DNA from: Candidatus Falkowbacteria bacterium | GTDB lineage: Bacteria > Patescibacteriota > Patescibacteriia > UBA11705 > JABHMO01 | Reading direction: 5' to 3' | DNA: 64,000 nucleotides | Assembly: GCA_018674305.1 (NCBI GenBank) | Contig: JABHAL010000004.1 | Location: 128,446 to 192,445 of the forward strand | Shown here: positions 1 through 7,975 of the stretch, in pieces | Layout: each line of letters starts with the position of its first letter | Numbering within the stretch: position 1 is the first letter of the stretch | Position numbers and translations under genes: made by a program | The notes under the pieces: model-generated | Seen by the model: the letters and a program-made list of their open reading frames with translations, nothing else | The model's database searches: none | What the model was told of the DNA's origin: nothing

Positions 1-1258
1 TTTTATCAAACACTACAACCTGAACCTTATTTGCAATTTCCAAATACTCACCACCTTTAATTAAAATCCCACTTTCTGCGCCTTTACCAGTACCAACCAT
101 AATCGCAGTAGGCGTAGCTAATCCCAGAGCACACGGACAGGCAATAACAAGGACAGCAGTAAAAATCATTAAAGCCTTTACAAAAACCACTCCAATTAAA
201 AAGTACCAAATTAGAAATGTAATTATTGCAATCACAACTACGGTCGGCACAAAATAACTTGAAACCATATCTGCAAATTTTTGAATAGGCGCTTTTGACC
301 CTTGAGCATTTTGCACAAATTGAATAATTTGCGATAGCATAGTATCCGCCCCGACTTTTGTAGCCTTGAACTTGAAGCTACCAGTTTTATTTATGGTTGC
401 ACCAATAACCAAGTCTCCTGCTTTTTTTTCTACTGGGATGCTTTCGCCAGTGACCATCGCTTCATCAATACTTGAATGCCCATCTATTATTTCACCGTCA
501 ACAGGAATTTTTTCACCAGGACGAACTAAAATAATATCTCCAACTTTAACTTGTTCAATTGGAACATCTTTTTCTTGACCATCAACAATTATTCTAGCTG
601 TTTTTGCACCAAGTTCCATTAATTTTTTAATAGCCTCACCGGTTTTTCCTTTGGCCCGTGACTCTAACCACTTACCAAGTAAAATAAAAGTAATTAAAAG
701 TGCTGAAGTTTCGAAAAAAACATCTCCGGCAATGAAAAAAGTAGTAGCAATACTATAAAAATAGGCAGCACTTGTTCCAAGCGCAACCAAAGTATCCATA
801 TTTGCCGTTTTATTTTTTAAAGCATAAAACGCACCACGATAAAACCGAGCACCAAGCACAAACTGAACAATTCCAGCCAAAACTAATTGCGCAATTTTGT
901 TTTCAATGCCTTTGCTCATCATTACCATGCTTAAAATAAAAACCGGTATTGCAATTACCAAACTTACAAGAAAATAATTTCGATCTCTATTGGCTTCTCG
1001 AGCACCGGGTGCTTTACTATGCTGATGACCAGCATTATTCTTTGTGTTATTATACTCATCCACTCCATAACCTGATTGCTTAATAGAATCTTCCAATTCA
1101 CCTTTCTTCACCTCTTCCGAATATTCAACAACAGCTTTTTCATTAGCATAATTAACCACGGCAGACTTTACTCCGGGGATTTTTTTTAATTTTTTTTCTA
1201 TAATCAAAGCGCAAGACGAACAATGCATTCCCGAAATTCTAAGCTCTTTTTTGGACAT
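1..1258 (-). CDS. copA: Copper-translocating P-type ATPase, N-terminal ~419 aa; the gene continues beyond the window start
   Basis: Reverse translation from ATG (complement of 1256-1258) gives [17 protein letters not shown] (HMA motif GMHCSSC), then TM segments, a TGES-like 'MVTGESIPV' actuator motif and the Cu-ATPase signature [10 protein letters not shown] just before position 1. This frame is not in the ORF track because the track starts inside the window. Confidence 0.85.
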   Translation of the reverse strand, partial: MSKKELRISGMHCSSCALIIEKKLKKIPGVKSAVVNYANEKAVVEYSEEVKKGELEDSIKQSGYGVDEYNNTKNNAGHQHSKAPGAREANRDRNYFLVSLVIAIPVFILSMVMMSKGIENKIAQLVLAGIVQFVLGARFYRGAFYALKNKTANMDTLVALGTSAAYFYSIATTFFIAGDVFFETSALLITFILLGKWLESRAKGKTGEAIKKLMELGAKTARIIVDGQEKDVPIEQVKVGDIILVRPGEKIPVDGEIIDGHSSIDEAMVTGESIPVEKKAGDLVIGATINKTGSFKFKATKVGADTMLSQIIQFVQNAQGSKAPIQKFADMVSSYFVPTVVVIAIITFLIWYFLIGVVFVKALMIFTAVLVIACPCALGLATPTAIMVGTGKGAESGILIKGGEYLEIANKVQVVVFDK

Positions 1259-1269
1259 ATTCAATTATA

Positions 1270-1845
1270 TTATTTTCTAATTATTAAATTATAAAATGAA
1301 TGTTGACAACCAACGATTTCAACCTTGAATCCATTTTTTTCAAATATTTCCTTAAATCGTTTCGGTGAATGAAACCTACTCCCCATCAATAAAATCTTTT
1401 CAGCAATTTTCAAAATAAATCCACCAAAACTTCTAGGATTTACTTCTTCCACAAAAATACTCCCGCCATCCTTCAAAACTCTCTTTATTTCCTTAATTGC
1501 TTGCGCTTGATCCTGAAAATGATGAAAAGCATCAATTATAAGCATTTTGTCGAATGAATTATCTGGAAAAGGAATCTTTTCTGCTACGCCAAACTTACAC
1601 TTTATTCCTTTTTTTCTACATTGTTTTAACATCTCTTCTGATGCATCGAGCACTATCATTTCATCTACCTGCCAAGAAAGTATCTTAGCAATTCTCCCAG
1701 TTCCACCAGCCAAATCCAGTACCCTATCTTTCTGATTGAAGAACTTTTCTTTTTTGACTGATTTAATTATCTTCTTCTTGCCTGAAAAATGAATCATTTC
1801 GTAAAACGGTGCAGTTATTTCAAAAAATTTTATTTTTATTGACAT
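1270..1845 (-). CDS. Class I SAM-dependent methyltransferase (UbiE/COQ5-like)
   Basis: 191-aa ORF with SAM-binding motif VLDLAGGTGRIAKIL and an acidic residue after beta-2 (IVLDASEEM). Confidence 0.7.
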   Translation of the reverse strand: MSIKIKFFEITAPFYEMIHFSGKKKIIKSVKKEKFFNQKDRVLDLAGGTGRIAKILSWQVDEMIVLDASEEMLKQCRKKGIKCKFGVAEKIPFPDNSFDKMLIIDAFHHFQDQAQAIKEIKRVLKDGGSIFVEEVNPRSFGGFILKIAEKILLMGSRFHSPKRFKEIFEKNGFKVEIVGCQHSFYNLIIRK

Positions 1846-1856
1846 ATTTATTCAAC

Positions 1857-3359
1857 TTAACCACCACAACCACAGGATGGCTGGCCACAAGAACCACCAC
1901 ACGCACCACCACCGTCACATGTTGTGTTCAAGCTATTATCTTGAATTGCCTTAACTTTATAAGGAGCTCCACCGCTTGCCGGTTTCTTCACCGAGCTTGA
2001 GCTATCTGTTACTATAAACTTACCTCTAACCATCCCCATCCAACAACTGAATGATAAATCTCCAACTTTTGTGGGAGTAAATTGGATTACATTTTTGCCA
2101 TACTGTAATTTCTTTTTAATTCCTAATTCAGGAACAATAATTTCGTTGGTGCAACCAGTCATTTGTTTCACATCGACAACCCATTTAACAGGTATTCCTT
2201 TTTCTATTGTAAAAACATTTGGAGAATAACCGCGATAATCTACATTCATAATAACTTCCTGAATATTTTCTTTAGTGATGGTCGATCCATAATCTTTATC
2301 CCAGCCAAGGTCTAAATTGATCCCTGCAATTGTTAGTCCAGTCAAAAGCGTATAAAAAGCAAAAATTAAGACAACAAAACCCATCACTTTTTGGAAAACA
2401 ATCATTTTTTTATTCTGGAATCTAGAAGCTGCGATTCCAACTCCAATTAAAATTGGAGCGGTGCCAAGAGCAAACAAGAATAAACTCAATCCACCCAGCC
2501 AAAAACTTCCGACTGTGATTGCAAAAAGCTGCATACTTTGAGTAAATCCACATGGAAGAAAAAAGGTAAAGGCACCAAGTAAAAATGGAGCAGATTTATG
2601 TTCTGATGTTTTTAATTTATTCCAATACTGCATTGATTTTTTAGGCAGCCTAACTCCGAACGAACTTGGAGACGGCAAAAAACCAAGGATATTAAGGCCA
2701 AGCAAAAACATTACAACTGCCACAAGCGCTGTTAACCAACCATTAAAGGCAGAGGACATATCGAACCAACTACCTATTACTCCTAATAATCCGCCAAGAA
2801 CAAAGAAACAAGTTAGTCGACCAATATGAAAATGTAAATGTGGCTTAACGTTTTTTTGATAAAAGTTGCCTTTTGCTTGATACTTGGAAGCAAAAGAAAC
2901 TACCACTCCGCCAACAACTGCCAAACAAGAAGACAAAGATGCAACTATTCCGATCAAAAAGGCAATTCCCAAGCTAACATCCGTTGTGTCAAACCCAACT
3001 AACCCCCAAACATCAAATAAACTAAGAACTTTATAGGCTAATACAATAAAACCAACTGTAAGTAACGAACAAAACCATTGCAATGGTGTCGCCCTGTTTT
3101 TACTGAAGAATTTTTTTTCTAAATTCTCACCAATTTCATATCCTAGCTTCTTAATTTCTTCGTTTACTCTATTTTCATCTGGCTCAACATCTTCAAAATG
3201 AAGCTCGATGTGCCTTTTCTTGTGACTAGCTTTAACTAATTTCACACCTTCAATTTTTTGCAATTCTTCTTCTAGTAAATTTTCACAAGAAACACAAGTC
3301 ATCCCATGAACTTTTATAATTTTGCATTTTTGATTTTTCTCACTTTTTTTTGTTTTCAT
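1857..3359 (-). CDS. Heavy-metal-associated (HMA) domain polytopic membrane protein (DsbD_2/TauE-like core) with C-terminal cupredoxin-like domain and Cys/Gly-rich tail
   Basis: N-terminal GMTCVSCENLL HMA motif; ~8 hydrophobic helices with conserved Cys (SSCLAVVGG, FFLPCGF); C-terminal beta-rich domain (FSCWMGMVRGKF); terminal tail CDGGGACGGSCGQPSCGCGG. Confidence 0.6.
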   Translation of the reverse strand: MKTKKSEKNQKCKIIKVHGMTCVSCENLLEEELQKIEGVKLVKASHKKRHIELHFEDVEPDENRVNEEIKKLGYEIGENLEKKFFSKNRATPLQWFCSLLTVGFIVLAYKVLSLFDVWGLVGFDTTDVSLGIAFLIGIVASLSSCLAVVGGVVVSFASKYQAKGNFYQKNVKPHLHFHIGRLTCFFVLGGLLGVIGSWFDMSSAFNGWLTALVAVVMFLLGLNILGFLPSPSSFGVRLPKKSMQYWNKLKTSEHKSAPFLLGAFTFFLPCGFTQSMQLFAITVGSFWLGGLSLFLFALGTAPILIGVGIAASRFQNKKMIVFQKVMGFVVLIFAFYTLLTGLTIAGINLDLGWDKDYGSTITKENIQEVIMNVDYRGYSPNVFTIEKGIPVKWVVDVKQMTGCTNEIIVPELGIKKKLQYGKNVIQFTPTKVGDLSFSCWMGMVRGKFIVTDSSSSVKKPASGGAPYKVKAIQDNSLNTTCDGGGACGGSCGQPSCGCGG

Positions 3360-3360
3360 A

Positions 3361-3915
3361 TTAGAAATGACCTTTTAAATCTTTTAAATCAAGTTTCTCA
3401 ATGATTAAATCATTACCAATGACTTTTAAATTTGGATTGACCGGCACAGGGTTACAACCACCTTTTTCGGTGGCTATTTTTTCCAAAGGATACTTATTAC
3501 CGCAAGTGTTGCACACCATATTATTTCCTTCCTGACGGAACCCCATTTTCGCATCAGCACAAACCTGGCAGGCATTCCCCGCAGCACGATATATTCCGTT
3601 TTTGTCTTTAACTACAAAAAAGTAAACCATGTCACCATCTAATTCCACATTATAATAATGAGCCTTACCATCATCAAAAATCGCTTTACTTAATTTAATC
3701 TGATCATTTTCGAAAATAACTGGATCTCCGGCCTCTCCAGTAAAGGTCGCTTCTTGGGGCTTGACTGTAGGTTTTGGTTGAATTGACTTTTGAAAAGAAC
3801 TTGCACTGGAGGTTTTACTTTCAGAGCTTGATTTGGCAGCTGGCTTCTCAGTACAACCACTTACAACTCCAGCGACCAACAGCACTAATACAAAAATCCA
3901 TACTTTGTTTTTCAT
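3361..3915 (-). CDS. Lipoprotein with C-terminal Cys-rich (zinc-ribbon-like) putative metal-binding domain
   Basis: Signal peptide plus lipobox LVAGVVSG|C; C-terminal CQVCADAK...CNTCGNKY...GGCNP motif cluster; adjacent to csoR and HMA genes. Confidence 0.5.
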   Translation of the reverse strand: MKNKVWIFVLVLLVAGVVSGCTEKPAAKSSSESKTSSASSFQKSIQPKPTVKPQEATFTGEAGDPVIFENDQIKLSKAIFDDGKAHYYNVELDGDMVYFFVVKDKNGIYRAAGNACQVCADAKMGFRQEGNNMVCNTCGNKYPLEKIATEKGGCNPVPVNPNLKVIGNDLIIEKLDLKDLKGHF

Positions 3916-3928
3916 ATTTACAATGGTA

Positions 3929-4267
3929 TTATTTATTGGTTAATTTACTTACTCTTAAAATTTCATCAATCATTTGCTGTTTTTGTTTACTATTTTTTGT
4001 AGACATAGCCTTTTTAAAACAGCTATTTAAATGCCCCTCCATTAAAAGATGGTGAGCTGACTTCAAAAGACCAATAGCTGCTAAATTTTGTTGCATAATA
4101 TCTACGCAATACTTATCCTCCTCTGTCATCTTGGAAATTTTCGCCAAAAGACTTTTCGCTTTTTTAAAATTAATCAACGCTTTTTCTTTTTTACTCATAA
4201 TTTTTATTGTATATTGATTATTAGGTCTTTGATATTCACGACACCCCCACCCCAGGTGTGGGTACAT
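3929..4267 (-). CDS. csoR: CsoR/RcnR-family metal-sensing transcriptional repressor
   Basis: EEDKYCVDIMQQNLAAIGLLKSAHHLLMEGHLNSC matches the CsoR 'DRYCVDIL...LLEDH..HC' Cu-ligand signature (Cys, His, Cys). The true start may be an internal Met (MSKKEK). Confidence 0.7.
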   Translation of the reverse strand: MYPHLGWGCREYQRPNNQYTIKIMSKKEKALINFKKAKSLLAKISKMTEEDKYCVDIMQQNLAAIGLLKSAHHLLMEGHLNSCFKKAMSTKNSKQKQQMIDEILRVSKLTNK

Positions 4268-4312
4268 AATACTCCATTAAAAAATTACTGTCAACTACTA
4301 TTGGGGATAACC

Positions 4313-4342
4313 AAAAAAGAGGCCTTTCAGCCTCTTTTTTTA
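4313..4342. terminator. Bidirectional rho-independent terminator (AGAGGC-loop-GCCTCT, flanked by A-run and T-run)
   Basis: Hairpin read at 4318-4335 with T6 following and A6 preceding; lies between csoR and the small membrane ORF. Confidence 0.6.
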
Positions 4343-4350
4343 TCTACCTT

Positions 4351-4626
4351 TTATTTTTTACACTTATCGTCTTTACAGTGACATCCGACTAGCACCCAAA
4401 CTCCTGATACAATATATCCCCAAACATAGGCCTGGATCGCGCCCAAAATGAAACTGAGAGTATTCATTCCTTCAAAGCCGAAAAAGGACATCCTTAGCAT
4501 ACTTAAATGCATTGACTGTTCAACTGGTCGAATATAATACCAAAGAAAACACAACACGAACATTACTAGAAAAAATAAGCCAATATGGTTAGCACGTTTC
4601 CAATAAGAACATTTTCCACCCTTCAT
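4351..4626 (-). CDS. Small membrane protein, hypothetical
   Basis: 91 aa with two or three hydrophobic helices and a C-terminal HCKDDKCKK; no recognisable family. Confidence 0.4.
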   Translation of the reverse strand: MKGGKCSYWKRANHIGLFFLVMFVLCFLWYYIRPVEQSMHLSMLRMSFFGFEGMNTLSFILGAIQAYVWGYIVSGVWVLVGCHCKDDKCKK

Positions 4627-4650
4627 AAAGTTATATATTAATAATTAAAT

Positions 4651-7600
4651 TTACTTAACTGTTTTCTCCGCCGCCTGCAGATCCAAAGATAAAGTCTTGG
4701 ATACCCCATCATCTCCCATGGCTACGCCATAAAGTGCATCTGCTACGTGCATAGTAACGCGATTGTGGGTAATGATGATAAACTGAGCCTTATACGACAA
4801 CTCTTGCAATATGGCACTGAACTTATGTGAATTAGACTCATCTAAGGCAGCTTCAACTTCATCCATTACAATAAATGGTGAAGGGTTGCTATCAATAATA
4901 GCGCAGATCAAAGCCAATGAGGTCATAGTTCTTTCCCCACCAGACAACACAGCAATATTACTTATCTTTTTGTTTGGGGGTGCAACCATAATTTCAATTC
5001 CAGTGTTTAATAGCTTGGACTGTTCTTCTGGCAAAAGCTCCTCGACCTCTGCATCGGTATCATCAGAAGAATCGTGAAGATTCAAAGTTAGATTTTCGCC
5101 AACTTCATTTTTTTCTTTTCGTTCTTTTTGAATTAACTCCAACTTGGCCTTCCCTCCATCAAAGATTTTCGTAAAATATTTTTCAAATGCTTTGTTTATT
5201 TTTTTGAATGAAGCATTGAACTGTTTATTAATAATAACATCCAACTCTTTAACAATCTTCTCTAGATCGTTGATCGCTTTTTCTAAATCTTGCGCTTGCA
5301 CGCTTAAAAACTCGTACCTTTCTGCAACTTCCTTGTGTTCCGCAATTATTTCAGGATCAATCCCTCCAATTTGCTCCAAATTATGTTTTAGTTTACTTAT
5401 TTCAAACCAAAGCTGGTCAAGATTAAGAATCTGCTCATCAGCCTTCAATGTTTCTAATTTAAAATCTGGTCCCAGTTCCTGAACAATTTCTTTATCAAGC
5501 TCTTCTTTCTTGGTTTCTAGTTTGGCAAGGGAAATGTTGACATCATTGACCTCTCGGTTAACATCATTCAATTTCATCTGGTATTTTTGCATTTGGCCTT
5601 GCAATTCAAAAACTTCATTTTTTTTCTTTTCTTCATCTAAATTGAATTGGTCAAGTTTTTTTCTAACTTCCGCAACTTTTTCTTCAATTTTTTCCAATTG
5701 CCTTTCAAGTTCCTGCTTCTTACTTGTTAGATTTTTTAACAACACTGCCTGATCTTTTGGCGCTACCTGATTTTCTGAAATCTCATCACTGATTTTTTCT
5801 TTTTCCTTAGTTAGGTCAGCAAAATCATGATCCAATCCCTTTTTCTTGGTTGAACCAACCTCTACCTCAACTCTCAGATCATTTACCTGTAGTAGCAAAC
5901 TCTGCTTTTGTTTAACGAAGTCTTCAATCTTCTGCTTTAATAATGCAATTTCTTTTAATTTTCCTTCCTGAGAAACCAAACGTTGTTCTTGACTAGCAAT
6001 TTGCCAAGTTATAGCAGAACCCTTGTTGTAACCCCCACGCATTGCTCCAGATTTTTCAAGAATATCGCCATCCTGGGTAACCATTCTGGCCCGGCCTACT
6101 CCAATTTGCTTAGCATGTTCTACATTATCAACAACAACTGTGGTGCCAAACACAAACTGGAATGCCTTTTTGTATTTTGGATCAAAACCAATCAAATCAA
6201 CCGCAAATCCAATAGCTCCCGTCTCCTCTAAAACTCTTTTTGCTTCCGTATTTGGCGAATATACCTGTAATTTATTTAACGGCAAGAAAGTAACTGTTCC
6301 CAATCTATTTTCTCTTAAATAATTTATACACTTAACGGCAACTTCGTCGCTTTGGACCACAACGGCCGACAAGCGATTGCCAGCAGCTACAGCCAACGCT
6401 GTTTCATAAGCTTTGTCTACATTAGCTAAGTCACTAATAGTCCCATATATCCCCTTAATAGAATCTTTTTGTCTCATAACAGCCTTAACCGCTTCCATCC
6501 CAACCGAATATCTACCACCACTTCGTATTTTCGATAAATCATTCTCAGCAGCTCGTAAATTATTGTTCAAAACAGTTAACTGACCACTTAGCTCATGAAT
6601 TTTAACTTCACTCTTTTCCAGCTCTTGTTTTTTATGTTCTAGTTTGGTTTCTAAATTATTCAGACTTTCTTTTATCTCATTTACACGTTTGCCTATTTCC
6701 TCTTTCTTGTTTTCCAACCAAGATAAATTTTGTTTTCCAACTTTTACATACTCCAAACTCATCTTCCCCTTGATCGTTGATAAATCTTTTTGAATTTCGT
6801 TCTTATCAGCCTGTAGTCGGTTGTAATCTTTTTGTAAATTATTGAAAATATCTTTACGTGACTCTGCTTTAGCAAGTTTTGCCAAGTTAGCCTGAACTTG
6901 TTCTAGTCTTTGCTCCAGATCCTGTTTCAAGGCATCTTTTATACTGAATTTCTCTTCAAATTGCTGGCGATCACGTTGCATGTTTTTCCAAATATAACCA
7001 TAATATTTTTTCTGTTGCTGACGGAGTAATGTTTCAACCTCTTTTCGTTTTTCTAATTTTTTAATTTGTCTGGTTAGGAGTCGGAGTCGTGGCTCTAACT
7101 CAGCTAAAATTTTATTTGTCTGATCCAGATTTGTCCTCGACCGGCGTAAACGATTTACTGACTGATCACGTTTAATCTGATATTGTTTAACTCCGGTAGC
7201 TTCATCAAAAAAATCTTTTCTTTCAAACGCTGAAACATTAATAATATGATCTACCATACCCTGACCGATAATACTATAACTTCTTTGTCCAAAATTCGCC
7301 TTGGCCAACAAAATTAAAATATCATAAAGACGAACCTTGCTTTTGTTTAATAAATATTCTGTTTCTCCATTACGATAAACTCTACGAGTCAACACTACTT
7401 CTGTATAATCAATAGGCAGTTCATTATCTTCATTATTCATAATCAGAGATGCCTCTGCAAAGCCTTGCCGGGCCCTTGTTTCACTACCACCAAAAATAAC
7501 ATCATCCGACTTCTTACAACGAATCAACTTTAAGCTCTGCTCGCCCAAAACCCACCTAATTGCATCTGCTACATTAGATTTCCCAGATCCATTGGGCCCA

Positions 7601-7716
7601 ACAATAGCTACAATACTTTTGGCAGCAGAGTCATGATTTGATTTTGCGGAAAACTCAAAAGTAGTCTTCTTCGCAAAAGACTTAAATCCTTGAATTTCTA
7701 ATCGTTGTAAATACAT
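4651..7716 (-). CDS. smc: Chromosome segregation protein SMC
   Basis: Walker A GPNGSGKSN; long coiled-coil arms; hinge region; ABC signature LSGGERTMTSLALI; Walker B FIVMDEVEAALD; 1021 aa. Confidence 0.9.
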   Translation of the reverse strand: MYLQRLEIQGFKSFAKKTTFEFSAKSNHDSAAKSIVAIVGPNGSGKSNVADAIRWVLGEQSLKLIRCKKSDDVIFGGSETRARQGFAEASLIMNNEDNELPIDYTEVVLTRRVYRNGETEYLLNKSKVRLYDILILLAKANFGQRSYSIIGQGMVDHIINVSAFERKDFFDEATGVKQYQIKRDQSVNRLRRSRTNLDQTNKILAELEPRLRLLTRQIKKLEKRKEVETLLRQQQKKYYGYIWKNMQRDRQQFEEKFSIKDALKQDLEQRLEQVQANLAKLAKAESRKDIFNNLQKDYNRLQADKNEIQKDLSTIKGKMSLEYVKVGKQNLSWLENKKEEIGKRVNEIKESLNNLETKLEHKKQELEKSEVKIHELSGQLTVLNNNLRAAENDLSKIRSGGRYSVGMEAVKAVMRQKDSIKGIYGTISDLANVDKAYETALAVAAGNRLSAVVVQSDEVAVKCINYLRENRLGTVTFLPLNKLQVYSPNTEAKRVLEETGAIGFAVDLIGFDPKYKKAFQFVFGTTVVVDNVEHAKQIGVGRARMVTQDGDILEKSGAMRGGYNKGSAITWQIASQEQRLVSQEGKLKEIALLKQKIEDFVKQKQSLLLQVNDLRVEVEVGSTKKKGLDHDFADLTKEKEKISDEISENQVAPKDQAVLLKNLTSKKQELERQLEKIEEKVAEVRKKLDQFNLDEEKKKNEVFELQGQMQKYQMKLNDVNREVNDVNISLAKLETKKEELDKEIVQELGPDFKLETLKADEQILNLDQLWFEISKLKHNLEQIGGIDPEIIAEHKEVAERYEFLSVQAQDLEKAINDLEKIVKELDVIINKQFNASFKKINKAFEKYFTKIFDGGKAKLELIQKERKEKNEVGENLTLNLHDSSDDTDAEVEELLPEEQSKLLNTGIEIMVAPPNKKISNIAVLSGGERTMTSLALICAIIDSNPSPFIVMDEVEAALDESNSHKFSAILQELSYKAQFIIITHNRVTMHVADALYGVAMGDDGVSKTLSLDLQAAEKTVK

Positions 7717-7926
7717 ACTCTGATAAAATTCTAAATCCTAAATTCTAAGCACTAAACAAATACAAAACTTTAAAATCCAAATTTTTGAATTTATTTAGAA
7801 TTTAAATATCGGGAAGTTCGAATATTCATCAAAAGGTATGCTGTTATTATAGCAAAAAAATAAACCAAATCAAAGGCTAGCTGTTGACAAATTATCATAA
7901 CTGCCAAGGCTTACACAATATATAAA

Positions 7927-7962
7927 AACAAAGAACCTTCATCACGTGAAGGTTCTTTTCAT
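7927..7962. terminator. Bidirectional intrinsic terminator downstream of the PBP gene
   Basis: AAAGAACCTTCA-tcacg-TGAAGGTTCTTT hairpin flanked by T-runs on both strands. Confidence 0.65.
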
Positions 7963-7975
7963 TATACAATCTTTT

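Noticed and set aside
366-578. Plus-strand ORFs overlapping minus-strand genes (for example 366-578, 1547-1735, 1809-2000, 4811-6322, 8814-10314, 21209-21475, 22501-22917, 23411-23761 and many others in the track)
   Set aside because: They lie antisense inside long, well-supported CDSs with recognisable motifs. They have low-complexity or hydrophobic composition typical of shadow ORFs in AT-rich DNA, and no RBS or family similarity.
4651-7716. SMC being truncated (1021 aa versus ~1180 typical)
   Set aside because: Head, hinge and both ATPase signature motifs are intact and in order. A shorter coiled coil is plausible in reduced genomes. No frameshift evident.
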